A stretch of 64,000 nucleotides of DNA from Flavobacteriales bacterium (GCA_044226515.1 JBGAGX010000001.1:19321-83320); one strand, 5' to 3'. Positions 28,366-39,118 are shown, counted from the first letter of the stretch. A program made the numbers and translations. Notes: a model not told the origin generated them from the letters alone.

Positions 28366-30686
28366 TCCCGGTCCGGACCATGTTCGAGGCGGCCTTGCGG
28401 GGCCGCTTCGTGCTTCCGGAGCATTCGCGTCGGCCGCATCACCAGGAGGACCAACGCGGGCAGCAGCAGCAGCTCGGCCACGAAGGCGAAGGCGAGGGTG
28501 AGGGTGATCAGCAGGCCCATGTAGTACACGCTGGCGAAATCGCTGAGCACCAGGGTGAGGAAGCCGCTCATGAGCATGAGGCTGGTGACGCTCACGGCCT
28601 TGCCGGTGCTGAGGTAGGTGCGCTTGAGGGCGTAGGCCACGGTGCGCCCTTCCAGGAGCTGCAGCCGCAGCTTGCCGAGCATGTGGATGGTGTCGTCCTC
28701 CGCGATGCCGAAGGCGATGCTGAAGATGATGGCGGTGCTCACCTTGAGGTCGATGCCGATGAAGCCCATCACCCCGGCGATGAACAGCAGCGGCACCAGG
28801 TTGGGCAGCAGCGCCACGATCACCATGCGCACATCGCGGAAGAACCACATCATGATCGCGGCGGTGAGCAGCACGGCGAGGCCCATGCCGCCCACGAGCT
28901 GCCCGCTGAGGTGCTCGTTATTGCGGTCGATCAGGTAGGCCATGCCGGTCTGCCGGAAGCGCACCGTGCCCGGGTCGGTATGCGCGGCGATGAAGCGGTC
29001 CAGGTCGGCGTTGCGGCCCTTGTGCACGTGGCCGCCCTCGTCCACCTTCCGGCCGGTGAGCCGCGCCGTGCGGCCATCGGCCGAGACCAGCAGGCGCAGC
29101 TGCTCGCGGCCACCGAAGACCTCCGCCTGCCGGGCGAGCCTGCGCGTCTCCGAAGCTTCATCGGGCAGCCGCAGCTGGTCGGCGCCCCCGCCATGGGCGG
29201 CTTTGTGCAGGGTGCGCATCACCGTTACGGGCGAAAGGATGCTCCGCACGCCCTGCTCGTCGTGCACGAAGTCCTGCACGCGCTCGAGCTGCTGCAGCAC
29301 GTCGAGGTCCCACACCGTGCGGCCGCTGTCGGCCACGGTGATCTCCAGCTCGAAGGGGCGCACGCCGCCGAAGACCTCCTCGAACCACAGGAAGTCCATC
29401 TTCTGCGGGTCGTTGTTCGGCCAGTCCTCCAGCAGGTAGTTGTTCACCTTGATGCGGGAGAGGCCGACGACGGAGACGACGGTGATGAGGCCAAAGCCCG
29501 CGAGGATCCGCATGCGGTTGCGGATGGTCCATTGGAAAAGACGCGGAAGCCAGCGGTCCCACAAGGTGTCGTGCTGGGCGCGGGGCAGGATCCGCTTCGG
29601 GTCGATGAAGAGGAGCAGGGCGGGAAGCAGGGTGAAGCTGATGAGGAAGGCCACCAGCACCCCCACGGCGGTGTACAGGCCGAACTCCTGCAGGGGACGG
29701 ATGCTCGCGGATCCAAGGGTGGCGAAGCCGATGGCGCTGGTGACGGCGGTGAGGAAGGTGGGCAGGCCGGCCTCCTTGTAGGTGAGGGCCAGGGCGCGGC
29801 GGCGTTCGGTGCCGGTACGCACGTGCTCCAGGAAGGTCTCCAGCAGGTGCACGGCGTCGCTCATGCCCACCACGAACAGGATGCTGGGCAGCAGCATGGT
29901 GAGGATGCTGAGCGGCTCGTTGAAAAGGGTCATGGCGCCCACCTGCCACAGGATGGCGAGTCCCACCACACCGATGGGCACCACCACGCCCAGCACGGAA
30001 CGGAAGCCGATGAAGAGGAACACGGCGAGCAGGGCGATGGAGCTGGTGAGGAAGAGCACGAGCTCGCGCTCCATCTTTTTGATGTAGTAGTACTGCCCGT
30101 GCACCCGGCCCGCCACATGCAGGTCGGAGAGCCCGCTGTCGCGCATCACGCGCTCGGTGCCTTCGAGCAGGGCGTCGCTGCGCCGCTTGCTCAGGTCGGG
30201 CGCGGTCTGGGCCACGAGCAGGATGGCATCGCCCTTCGGAGCGAACCAGGCCTCGCGCAGGCGGTCGTCGGCCCAGAGGCGCGCGGAGTCGGCGGCGAGG
30301 GTGCTGTCCGTGGCGGTGCGCAGCACGGGCACGTTGAACACGCCCACCGGGGTGATCACAGGCTCGTCCAGGCGCGTGGGCGAGGCCACCGAACGCATGT
30401 CGGGAAGCCGGGCCAGGCGCGCGGCCAGGCTGTCGAACCGCACCAGGAACGAGCGGTCGAACACCGAGGGACGACGCTCGGCGGCCACGAGCAGGAAATC
30501 GTTGTCGTTGCCGAAGCGCTGGCGGAAGGCGAGGTACTGGTCGAGCTCGGGGTCGTTCGTGGGGAAGAACTTCTCGAAGTCGTAGTCGAGCCGCACATGG
30601 CGCAACGAGAGCCCCAGCACCACGGTGATGGCGCCGAGCACCACGAAGGCCCAGCGCGCCCGTGCCCGGGTGAGCCAGCGTTCCAT
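28362..30686 (-). CDS. MMPL/RND-superfamily membrane transporter
   Basis: Two blocks of 5-6 transmembrane helices, each followed by a large periplasmic loop, and a Gly-rich helix motif (SIAFGIAEDDTIHML). Start ambiguous among 30737, 30707 and 30686; Met18 (MERWLTR) was chosen. Confidence 0.75.
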   Translation of the reverse strand: MERWLTRARARWAFVVLGAITVVLGLSLRHVRLDYDFEKFFPTNDPELDQYLAFRQRFGNDNDFLLVAAERRPSVFDRSFLVRFDSLAARLARLPDMRSVASPTRLDEPVITPVGVFNVPVLRTATDSTLAADSARLWADDRLREAWFAPKGDAILLVAQTAPDLSKRRSDALLEGTERVMRDSGLSDLHVAGRVHGQYYYIKKMERELVLFLTSSIALLAVFLFIGFRSVLGVVVPIGVVGLAILWQVGAMTLFNEPLSILTMLLPSILFVVGMSDAVHLLETFLEHVRTGTERRRALALTYKEAGLPTFLTAVTSAIGFATLGSASIRPLQEFGLYTAVGVLVAFLISFTLLPALLLFIDPKRILPRAQHDTLWDRWLPRLFQWTIRNRMRILAGFGLITVVSVVGLSRIKVNNYLLEDWPNNDPQKMDFLWFEEVFGGVRPFELEITVADSGRTVWDLDVLQQLERVQDFVHDEQGVRSILSPVTVMRTLHKAAHGGGADQLRLPDEASETRRLARQAEVFGGREQLRLLVSADGRTARLTGRKVDEGGHVHKGRNADLDRFIAAHTDPGTVRFRQTGMAYLIDRNNEHLSGQLVGGMGLAVLLTAAIMMWFFRDVRMVIVALLPNLVPLLFIAGVMGFIGIDLKVSTAIIFSIAFGIAEDDTIHMLGKLRLQLLEGRTVAYALKRTYLSTGKAVSVTSLMLMSGFLTLVLSDFASVYYMGLLITLTLAFAFVAELLLLPALVLLVMRPTRMLRKHEAAPQGRLEHGPDRD

Positions 30687-30781
30687 GCGGTCCACACGTT
30701 CGCCCATCAACAATGTCCGGTCAGCGCCGGTGCGCAAAGGTGGGTCTTCCCCCTGAGCCCCGGGTCTACTTTTGGCCCCCG

Positions 30782-32932
30782 ATGGAACGGCTGATGCGAC
30801 GCGTGCTGGTGTGGGCGGTCCTGGTGCTGCCCGGGGCCGCTGGCACGGCCTTCGCGGGCCGGCTGGAGAAGGCCTTCGAGGCGCTGAACGTGCACAACTA
30901 CTTCCTCGCCCGCGAGCTCTTCACCAAGGAGGTGGCGAAACACCCGGCGGCGGCCTGGTACGGGCTCAGTGTCATCCACGGACGCGACAACAACCCCTTC
31001 TACCAGCTCGATTCGGCCTACACCTTCATCCTGCGCGCCGATGCGGCCTATGGCATCGCGCCCGACAAGGAGCGTGCGCGCATCGCCGCGGTGGGCGTGG
31101 ACGGCCCGGCGATCGCCGCCCAGCTCGAACATGTGTTCGGCATCGCCTGGGAAAGCACGAAGGCGGTGAACACGATCACCGCGTACGACAGCTTTATCGC
31201 CACCTACGTGCGCAGCGGGCACGTGCCCGAGGCCATCGCGTCGCGCAACGCGCTCGCCTTCCACGAGGCGCGCAGCACGAACACGGCGGCTGCCTATCGC
31301 GGCTTCATCGACCGCTACCCCGACGCGCTGGAGGTGTACGAGGCCCGGTCGCGCCTGCAGGAGGCCGTGTTCCGCGAGGCCGTGCCCAACGGCACCATCA
31401 CCGAGTACGAGCGGTTCCTGGTCGACCATCCGGAGAGCCCTTATGTGCGCAAGGCGGAGGACGAACTCTTCCGGCTGAGCACGCCCCATCGAACGCCCAC
31501 GGAGCTCCATGTGTTCATCCGCCGGCATCCCAACAACCCGAACGTGCCCTTGGCCTGGCGTGCCATCTACGACCAGTACACGCGCGACCTCAGCCCGGGG
31601 GCCATCACGCAGTTCCTCAAGGACTATCCCGACTACCCCTTCATCACCGAGCTCACCGCCGACTTCCGCACCGCCACCATGGTGCTCCTTCCGTTCCGCA
31701 AGAACGGACTGTGGGGCTACCTGAACGAGGAGGGGGTGGAGCAGATCAAGGCCGAGTACGAGTTCGCCGAGCCCTTCAGCGGTGGGCAGGCCCTGGTGGG
31801 GCGCGACGACCTGGTGGGCACGGTGAACAAGATGGGCAAGGTGGTGGTGGACATCCAGTACGACGACCTCATGGACCCGAGCGAGGGCCTCTGCACCGTG
31901 GAGCGCGGGGGCAAGGTGGGCGTGGTGGACCGAAGCGGAGCGCTCGTGGTGCGCATGGAGTACGAGGATGTCGGGGAGTTCCACAACGGCATCGCCTACG
32001 CCGAGAAGGAGGGGCGCTACGGCTACATCAACGCCGCAGGCGAGGTGGTGGTGCCCTTCCAGTACGAGGCGGCCTCCACGTTCAGCAATGGCCTGGCCGT
32101 GGTGCGGCAGGACGGCCTTAGCGGTGTGATCGACACCCGGGGCCAGGTGGTGGTGCCCTTCGCCTACGACTGGATCGAGGGTTTCGCGCTGCCGGTTTCG
32201 CGCGTGCGGAAGGGACCGCTCATGGGCCTCATCAGCCCGTTCGGCGACGTGCTGCTCGCGGTGGAGCACGACCACGTGGGCGTGTTCAGCGACAGCCTTG
32301 CGTTGGTGGTGGACAAGGACCGCTGCGGTTACGCCGATCTGCGCGGCCAGCTGGTGATCCCCATGGTGTATGAGGCCAACGAAGGCACCCTCGGCTGGGG
32401 CGACTTCCACGATGGCGTGGCCAAGGTGATGCAGGGCGGCAAGTTCGGCTGCATCAACACCAAGGGCGCCAAGGTGCTGCCACTGCAGTACGCCGATGTC
32501 GGGCGCGCCTCGGGCGGGCTGATCGCCGTGAAGAAGCGCACGAAGTGGGGCTATGTGGACCTGGCGGGGAAGGTGGTGGTGGAGCCGCGGTACGACCAGG
32601 CCTGGGAGCTGCGCAACGGCCACGCGCGGGTGAAGCTCGGCGACCTCTTCGGGCTGGTGGACAGCACCGGCAAGGAGCTGATCGCACCGCGGCTCTCGGG
32701 CCTTTCCGACGTGCAGTACGGGCTGGTGATCGCCACGCTGAACGGGCTCACGGGCGTGGTGGAACCCGGCGGCAGGGAGCGCGTTCCGCTCGCCTTCGCC
32801 GCGGTGGAGCTGATGGATGCGCGCACCGCACGCGTCACCCGGAACGACAAGCTGGCCTACGTGCGGCTCGCCGACGGGGTCTTCATCTGGAAGGAGGAGG
32901 GCTTCGACGCGGCGCCGGCGTCAACGGAGTAG
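30782..32932 (+). CDS. WG-repeat (KWG) containing secreted protein
   Basis: Signal peptide MERLMRRVLVWAVLVLPGAAGTAFAG. The second half contains many repeats of …KWGYVD…G..VI.P.YD....F.(N/D)GLA.V… (WG-containing beta repeats). Confidence 0.75.
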   Translation: MERLMRRVLVWAVLVLPGAAGTAFAGRLEKAFEALNVHNYFLARELFTKEVAKHPAAAWYGLSVIHGRDNNPFYQLDSAYTFILRADAAYGIAPDKERARIAAVGVDGPAIAAQLEHVFGIAWESTKAVNTITAYDSFIATYVRSGHVPEAIASRNALAFHEARSTNTAAAYRGFIDRYPDALEVYEARSRLQEAVFREAVPNGTITEYERFLVDHPESPYVRKAEDELFRLSTPHRTPTELHVFIRRHPNNPNVPLAWRAIYDQYTRDLSPGAITQFLKDYPDYPFITELTADFRTATMVLLPFRKNGLWGYLNEEGVEQIKAEYEFAEPFSGGQALVGRDDLVGTVNKMGKVVVDIQYDDLMDPSEGLCTVERGGKVGVVDRSGALVVRMEYEDVGEFHNGIAYAEKEGRYGYINAAGEVVVPFQYEAASTFSNGLAVVRQDGLSGVIDTRGQVVVPFAYDWIEGFALPVSRVRKGPLMGLISPFGDVLLAVEHDHVGVFSDSLALVVDKDRCGYADLRGQLVIPMVYEANEGTLGWGDFHDGVAKVMQGGKFGCINTKGAKVLPLQYADVGRASGGLIAVKKRTKWGYVDLAGKVVVEPRYDQAWELRNGHARVKLGDLFGLVDSTGKELIAPRLSGLSDVQYGLVIATLNGLTGVVEPGGRERVPLAFAAVELMDARTARVTRNDKLAYVRLADGVFIWKEEGFDAAPASTE

Positions 32933-35900
32933 CGTCACGTGGCCGGTGAGGCGCTCCTGCGTCACCCCGTCTTCGCCCAGGGCCTTGTACCGCAACGTCC
33001 ACACGTACACGCCGTCCTGCACGGCCGTGCCGTTGTAGGATCCATCCCAGGGCAGACCGGGCTGGTCGGTGGTGAAGATGCGCTCACCCCAACGGTCGAA
33101 CACGGCGAACTCGTAGGTGACGAAGCGGCCGTACACCACCGGACCGAACACATCGTTGATGCCGTCGCCGTTCGGGGTGAAGCCATTGGGCACATGCACG
33201 TCGGGCGCGCAGCCGCCGTCGGTCAGCAGCACGGTGTCCTCGAAGGCGATGCACGGGCCCACGCCCATCACCACATAGATCCCCGGCTGCATCACGGTGA
33301 TCCGCGCATCGGAGCTGCCGGTGCTCCACAGGTACGTGGCTCCCGGCACGAACGCGTCCAGCACCAGCTCCTGGCCCGGGCAGATGGTGAGCTCCCCGCC
33401 GAGGTCCACCTGGTCCACGATCGGCAGGAAGGTGATGGCGATGGCATCGGAGCTCGTGCACCCGTCGAGCGAAAGGGTCACCCCATACGTACCGGTGCTG
33501 GTGGCGGTGATGGCGGGTTGTGTGCTGCCGGTGCTCCACAGCACCTGGGCCTGTCCGGCCGCCACGGCCAGGTCGATCGTGTCACCCGCGCATGCCGTGA
33601 GGTCCTGGCCCAGGTCGGGTTGGGGCAGGGGTGTCATACCCACGTTCACCGTGTCGCTCTCCAGACAGCCGGGCGCACCGGCCACGAGCCATACCGTGCC
33701 CGCGCTTCCTGTGCTGTACTGGCCCGTGGTGGATCCATCGGACCAGAGGTAGGCGGCCCCCGGTGCGCTGAAGTTCCAGCCGATGGTGGTGCCGGGACAC
33801 AGCATGGTGTCGGGTCCCAGGTCCACGTTCACCGGGGTGTAGTAGGCCACGCCGATCGCATCCGATGCGGTGCAACCGTTGAGGTCGACGACCACCGAAT
33901 AGTTGCCGGCCTGCCCCACGTTGAAGGTGGCGGTGGTGGATCCGTTCTGCCAGGTATAGGTGGCCCCTGCGAAGGTGGCATCGAGCACCATGGAGGCCCC
34001 ATCGCACAACGTGGTGTCGTTGCCCAGGTCGACCGTCGGGGAGGCGAGCGTTCCGATGGTGAGGCTGTCCGATGCGGCGCATCCGCTCACGGTCACCTGT
34101 ACGCTCCAGGCTCCGGGCAGGGCCGATACGCTCGCCGCGGTGGCCCCGTTGTTCCAGAGGTAGCTCGCGCCCGGGGTGGTGGCGTCCAACGTGATCGTGG
34201 CCCCGAGGCAGAGGGCGGTGTCGTTGCCCAGGTCGACCACGGGCAGGGGAACGATGGAGACGGTGATGGAGTCGGTCACCGAACAACCGGCAAGCGTGGC
34301 CTGAGCCCAATAAGTGCCGGCCGTGCTCACCGTGCGCGTCACGGCGGTGCTGCCATCATCCCACAGGTACGCGGCCCCCGGCGTGGTGGTCGCGTCGAGC
34401 AGTTGCGTGGTGCCGGCGCACAGGCTGAGGTCGAGCCCCAGGTCGATGTCGGCCAGGGTCACGGAGGTCACCGAGATGGTGTCGCTCGCAGCGCAACCGC
34501 CCACGTCCACCGTGGCCCAGTACGTGCCCGGCTGCTGCACGGTGAACACCGGGCCTTGCGTGCCGTCGCTCCAGGTGGTGGTGCCGCCGGGAAGTTGTGC
34601 GGTGAGCAACAAGGAAGCGCCCGGACAGAACGCGGTGTCACTCCCCAGGTCGATCGCCAGCGTACCGAGCACGGTCACCAGCACGGTATCGCTCGCGCTG
34701 CAGCCGTTGGCCGAAACGGCCACCCATGCCGGGCCGCTCGTGCTCACCACCACGGAAGAGGCGGTGGCCCCCGTGGACCAGCTGTACTGCGCGCCCGGCC
34801 AGCTCGCGTCCAAGGTGATCGATCCTCCCGGACAGAGCGTGGTGTCGTTGCCCAGGTCCACCACGGGGACGGAAAGCGTTGTGATGACCACGGTGTCGGT
34901 CACGCTGCAGGCCCCTTGCATCACCTCCACGGCGTAGGTGCCGGCGTTCGCCACGCTGATGGTGGCGGCGGTGGACCCTGTGCTCCACAGGTAGGTCGAT
35001 CCGGGCAGGGTCGCATCCAAGGTCACCGTGGTGCCCTGGCATACCGCCTGGTCGGGCCCGAGGTCCACCGCGTTGGGCGAGGCGTACAGCACGTCGATCT
35101 GATCACCGCCGCTGCAGCCGTTGGCATCGGTGAGCGCCACGCTGTAGGCACCGGGGGATTGGACCGTGAACGTCGCGGTGGTGGATCCATCCTGCCACAG
35201 GTAGCTCACGCCCGCCTGCGTGGCATTGAGCGCGAGCGTGGCCCCCGGACAGAGGGTGGTGTCGTTCCCCAGGAACACGGAAGGCGGCGCGACGGTGCCC
35301 ACGTTGATCGCATCCGCCACGGCGCAGGATCCCTGGGTCACGCTCACGCTGTACGCTCCGGCGGTGGAAACGGCGATCGAGGGCGTGGTGGCCCCCGTGC
35401 TCCACAGGTAGCTGGCGCCGGGCACCGCAGTGTTCAAGGTGAGCGTGGCGCCCGCACAGAGGGTGGTGTCGTTGCCCAGGAACACCGGCACGGGCGCGGC
35501 GTACGACACGCTGATCGCGTCGGAGGCGGCGCAGGTGTTCGCATCCGTTACGGTGACGCTGTAGTTCCCCGCAGCGCTCACCACGAAGCTCGAAGCGGTG
35601 GTGCCGTTCTGCCAGAGGTACGTTCCACCCGGAACGGAGGCGTTCAGCACCAGCGTTGCGCCGGGGCACAGGGTGGTGTCGTTGCCCAGGGCCACGGTGG
35701 GCGGTGTGTGCGTGGCGATCACCAGGTCATCGGAACCGGTACACCCGTTCACCGTCACCTGCACCGACCAGTTGCCCGCACCCGCATTGATGGTGGCTGA
35801 GGAGCTGCCGTTGTTCCAGAGGTAGCTGGCCCCGGCGGTGGTCGCGTCGAGCTGTACCTGCGTACCGGGGCACACGGTGGTGTCGTTCCCAAGGGCAACC

Positions 35901-38392
35901 ACCGGCAGGGCGATGAAGGTCACCTGCACCGTATCGCTGGCCTGGCAGCCGTTCAAGATGGTGCGCACCCAGTAGGTGCCCGAAGAGGAAGCGTTGATCG
36001 CGTTGGAAGTGGCTCCCGTGCTCCAGAGGTAGGTCGCTCCGGGAACGTTCACTGCGAGCGGTACCGGGGATCCCGCGCACGCGGTCACATCGGGCCCCAG
36101 GTTCACCGACTGCAGGCTGAAGTTGGTGAGCGTCACACCGTCCGAGGCGCTGCACCCCGCAAGGCTAACGGTCACCGCGTAATTGCCGGGCGTCGCGGTG
36201 GTGTAGGAGGCGGTGTTGCTTCCATCCTGCCACAGGTAGCTCGCACCGGGCACTGTGGCGTTGAAGGTCACCGCCTGGCCGGGGCATACGATGGTGTCGT
36301 TGCCCAGGTCGAAGGCGGGCAGCGGGTTCACGGTCACCACATTGGCATCGGAGGCGGTGCAGCCGTTGAGGTCCACGGTAACGCTGAAGTTGCCGCCGGC
36401 GGCGGCATTGATGGTGGCGGTGGTGGCGCCGGTGCTCCACAAGTAGGAGGCCCCGGGGAAGGCGGCGCTGAGCGTGAGCGGCTGCCCTGCGCAGATGGTG
36501 GTGTCGCGCAGGTCCACGGTGGGGTTGGGCGCCACGGTGAGGTCCACATCATCGGTCACAGAACAACCGTTGAGCGTTACCGTGGCGCTGTAGTTCCCTG
36601 TGCTGCTTGCGCTGAGGGTGGGTGTGGTGGCGCCGGTGCTCCACAGGTAGCTCGCACCGGGCACCGCGGCGTTGAAGGTGACGCTGTTGCCTGCGCACAC
36701 GGTGGTGTCGTTGCCCAGGTCGAAGGTGGGCAGCGGGTTCACGGTCACCACATTGGCATCGGAGGCGGTGCAGCCGTTGAGGTCCACGGTAACGCTGAAG
36801 TTGCCGCCGGCGGCCGCGTTGATGGTGGCGGTGGTGGCGCCGGTGCTCCACAGGTAGCTGGCCCCGGGAAAGGCGGCGCTGAGCGTGAGCGGCTGCCCCG
36901 CGCACAGGGTGGTGTCGCGCAGGTCCACGGTGGGGTTGGGCGCCACGGTGAGGTCCACATCATCGGTCACGGCACAGCCGTTGAGCGTTACCGTGGCGCT
37001 GTAGTTCCCTGTGCTGCTCGCGCTGAGGGTGGGTGTGGTGGCGCCGGTGCTCCACAGGTAGCTGGCGCCGGGCACCGTGGCGTTGAAGGTGACGCTGTTG
37101 CCCGCGCAGACGGTGGTGTCGTTGCCCAGGTCTAAGGTGGGCAGCGGGTTCACGGTCACCACGCGGGAATCGTTCGCCGTGCAGCCGTTCAAGGTGACGG
37201 TGACCCCGTAGTTGCCGGAGCTGCCCACGGCGATCGTGGGCGTGGTGGCCCCGGTGCTCCACAGGTAGGTGGCGCCCGGGTACGTCGCGTTCAGTGTGAC
37301 CGAATGGCCGGCACAGATGGTGGTGTCGTTGCCCAGGTTCACGCTCGGCGCCTGGAGGAAGGTGAGCTGCACGGCATCGTTGTTCGAGCAGCCGTTGGCC
37401 GTTACCGTAACGCTGTAGTTGCCATTGGTGCTCGCGCTGATGGCGGGCGTGGTGGCGCCGGTGCTCCACAGGTAGGTTCCGCCGGGCACTGCGGCGTTGA
37501 GGTTCACCGGGTTGTTGCCACAATTCACCTGATCGGGGCCGAGGTTAACGGCCGGCAAGGGGGTCACGTTCACCTGCACCGTATCGCGCAGCACCATGTT
37601 GCCGCTCATACCGATGTTGTCGATGCCGAAGTCATTGCCCACGGAGAAGCTGCTGGTGAGCTCCAGGCAGATAGCTGCGCTGGTGACACCGGCGGGTGCG
37701 GTCCAGTTGGTGACGTTGTTCACCCACACGTTCGGTCCGGCCGGCGGGATGAAGGTGGGCCCGATGAGCGTGCCGTTCACCCGCCAGCGCACGTGGGGCG
37801 GGTTCTGCACCACCATGGAGGCGAGGTCGAACGCCAGGGTGTAGGTCTGCCCGGGGCACACCGGCACGGTCTGGCACCAGATGTCCCACCCGCTCTGCGC
37901 CAGCCCTCCGTTCCCGATCAGGAAGAGCCCGCTGCCCCAGCCCACGAAGAAGGGGTGATAGGTGCCGGCGTTGTACCCGAGGTAGTAGTTGCCGTCGACC
38001 TGCAGGTTGCTGTTGTAGTTGAACTGGGTGCTGAAACCGGTATTACCGGCATCGTCGAAGTTGCCATTGGTGACGAGCTGCCCGCTGGGGTAGCCCACCT
38101 GGCACCAATAGTTCCCCGCCGTTCCCACCGTGATGTTCTGCGTGGTGGCACCGTTGCTCCACAGGTAGCTCGACCAGCCCGGAGGACCCAGGAGCGTGGT
38201 GCTCTGGCCCTGGCAGATCGTCACGTCCGGCCCGATGGTGATGGAGCAGGGACCTTGGGCCGATGCTTGGAACGAGGTGCCCAGCACCGCGAAGGCCACG
38301 GTGGCGCACAAGAAGATATGGACCCGTGGGCAGGTCAATTCAGGAAGCGGTGCTCGATGGTCAAAATTCGGGCCGAAAGGCCTATGGCTCAA
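32921..38392 (-). CDS. giant cell-surface adhesin: about 25 tandem ~69-aa Cys-containing repeats plus gliding-motility-associated C-terminal domain (CHU_C, T9SS type-B CTD)
   Basis: 1823 aa. The motif …LGNDTT.CAG..(V/L)T(L/F)NA..PGA(S/T)YLWSTGATT….GNYSVTV.LNGC…D…VTV recurs throughout. The C-terminus PNGFTPNGDGINDVFGPV…YEFAVFDRWGERIF is a CHU_C domain. The ORF-track start is a TTG at 38392, so the exact start is unresolved. Confidence 0.8.
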   Translation of the reverse strand: MSHRPFGPNFDHRAPLPELTCPRVHIFLCATVAFAVLGTSFQASAQGPCSITIGPDVTICQGQSTTLLGPPGWSSYLWSNGATTQNITVGTAGNYWCQVGYPSGQLVTNGNFDDAGNTGFSTQFNYNSNLQVDGNYYLGYNAGTYHPFFVGWGSGLFLIGNGGLAQSGWDIWCQTVPVCPGQTYTLAFDLASMVVQNPPHVRWRVNGTLIGPTFIPPAGPNVWVNNVTNWTAPAGVTSAAICLELTSSFSVGNDFGIDNIGMSGNMVLRDTVQVNVTPLPAVNLGPDQVNCGNNPVNLNAAVPGGTYLWSTGATTPAISASTNGNYSVTVTANGCSNNDAVQLTFLQAPSVNLGNDTTICAGHSVTLNATYPGATYLWSTGATTPTIAVGSSGNYGVTVTLNGCTANDSRVVTVNPLPTLDLGNDTTVCAGNSVTFNATVPGASYLWSTGATTPTLSASSTGNYSATVTLNGCAVTDDVDLTVAPNPTVDLRDTTLCAGQPLTLSAAFPGASYLWSTGATTATINAAAGGNFSVTVDLNGCTASDANVVTVNPLPTFDLGNDTTVCAGNSVTFNAAVPGASYLWSTGATTPTLSASSTGNYSATVTLNGCSVTDDVDLTVAPNPTVDLRDTTICAGQPLTLSAAFPGASYLWSTGATTATINAAAGGNFSVTVDLNGCTASDANVVTVNPLPAFDLGNDTIVCPGQAVTFNATVPGASYLWQDGSNTASYTTATPGNYAVTVSLAGCSASDGVTLTNFSLQSVNLGPDVTACAGSPVPLAVNVPGATYLWSTGATSNAINASSSGTYWVRTILNGCQASDTVQVTFIALPVVALGNDTTVCPGTQVQLDATTAGASYLWNNGSSSATINAGAGNWSVQVTVNGCTGSDDLVIATHTPPTVALGNDTTLCPGATLVLNASVPGGTYLWQNGTTASSFVVSAAGNYSVTVTDANTCAASDAISVSYAAPVPVFLGNDTTLCAGATLTLNTAVPGASYLWSTGATTPSIAVSTAGAYSVSVTQGSCAVADAINVGTVAPPSVFLGNDTTLCPGATLALNATQAGVSYLWQDGSTTATFTVQSPGAYSVALTDANGCSGGDQIDVLYASPNAVDLGPDQAVCQGTTVTLDATLPGSTYLWSTGSTAATISVANAGTYAVEVMQGACSVTDTVVITTLSVPVVDLGNDTTLCPGGSITLDASWPGAQYSWSTGATASSVVVSTSGPAWVAVSANGCSASDTVLVTVLGTLAIDLGSDTAFCPGASLLLTAQLPGGTTTWSDGTQGPVFTVQQPGTYWATVDVGGCAASDTISVTSVTLADIDLGLDLSLCAGTTQLLDATTTPGAAYLWDDGSTAVTRTVSTAGTYWAQATLAGCSVTDSITVSIVPLPVVDLGNDTALCLGATITLDATTPGASYLWNNGATAASVSALPGAWSVQVTVSGCAASDSLTIGTLASPTVDLGNDTTLCDGASMVLDATFAGATYTWQNGSTTATFNVGQAGNYSVVVDLNGCTASDAIGVAYYTPVNVDLGPDTMLCPGTTIGWNFSAPGAAYLWSDGSTTGQYSTGSAGTVWLVAGAPGCLESDTVNVGMTPLPQPDLGQDLTACAGDTIDLAVAAGQAQVLWSTGSTQPAITATSTGTYGVTLSLDGCTSSDAIAITFLPIVDQVDLGGELTICPGQELVLDAFVPGATYLWSTGSSDARITVMQPGIYVVMGVGPCIAFEDTVLLTDGGCAPDVHVPNGFTPNGDGINDVFGPVVYGRFVTYEFAVFDRWGERIFTTDQPGLPWDGSYNGTAVQDGVYVWTLRYKALGEDGVTQERLTGHVTLLR
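36332..37153 (-). repeat. near-identical 2 x 411-bp direct tandem duplication inside the adhesin gene
   Basis: Adhesin residues 414-550 and 551-687 differ at only about 4 of 137 positions. Out-of-frame ORF pairs (36334..36552 with 36745..36963, and 36255..36446 with 36672..36857) are near-identical and offset by exactly 411 nt. Confidence 0.75.
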
Positions 38393-38413
38393 TGTGTTCC
38401 GGATGAAAACTGT

Positions 38414-39073
38414 TCACCGGGCGATGAACAAGCGGTTCAAGCCTTCATAACCCTGTTCATCCACCTGTCCGAAGCGAAGACGCAGTTCGGACCCGATACG
38501 TCCACTGAGACCCCGGGTGGCCTCGTTGTGGACGATCGTATTGAAGATCAGCGTGCCACCGGTGGAGGTGCGTGCCCGCAGGGCGTCCTGGAAGTCCGGA
38601 TCCGCGGCCCAGCCGGGCGGCGATAGGTCCTCGAAGAGGTCCACCAGCACCAGGTCGAAGGTCCCTTCCAGGGTCTTGACCGAACGGCGGGCATCGCCCT
38701 CCACGATCCGCAGGTCGGCCCAGTCATCGATACCGAAGTGGCGGCGCCCCCAATCCAGCATCAAGGGGTCGTCCTCCAGCGCGGTGATGGGGGCGGAGAG
38801 GCCACGTTCCTTCCGCAGGATGTGCACGGCGCTTCCGGTGCCCAGGCCGAGCAGCAGCACCGCGCGCACGGCGCCGTCGGTGGGCATGAAGTGGTCCAGG
38901 GCCTGCTGCCACACGCGGTGCAGGCTGCCGAAGCTCTGGTTGGCCTGCGCGCTGTTCACCACCAGGCGCCCGCGTTCGAGCGTGAGCTCAAGGTGGCCAT
39001 GCCGGCCCTCGGCCCTTTCCAGCCGGATCGGTACCACATGGCTCAGCAGGCGGAGCAGGGGGGAGGCCTTCAC
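38414..39073 (-). CDS. spermidine-synthase-like class I methyltransferase-fold protein
   Basis: …AVLLLGLGTGSAVHIL…DLVLVDLF is a Rossmann GxGxG plus acidic-loop pattern resembling PABS/spermine-synthase-like proteins. Confidence 0.6.
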   Translation of the reverse strand: MKASPLLRLLSHVVPIRLERAEGRHGHLELTLERGRLVVNSAQANQSFGSLHRVWQQALDHFMPTDGAVRAVLLLGLGTGSAVHILRKERGLSAPITALEDDPLMLDWGRRHFGIDDWADLRIVEGDARRSVKTLEGTFDLVLVDLFEDLSPPGWAADPDFQDALRARTSTGGTLIFNTIVHNEATRGLSGRIGSELRLRFGQVDEQGYEGLNRLFIAR

Positions 39074-39118
39074 GGGGCGAAGATCGCCTGTCGGGCGCGC
39101 TACCTTCGCGCCCTTTCC

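Noticed and set aside
33000-38300. Possible CRISPR-like regular repeats in the adhesin region
   Set aside because: The periodicity is about 207 or 411 nt, the repeats are in-frame protein-coding repeats of a single large ORF, and there are no short unique spacers.
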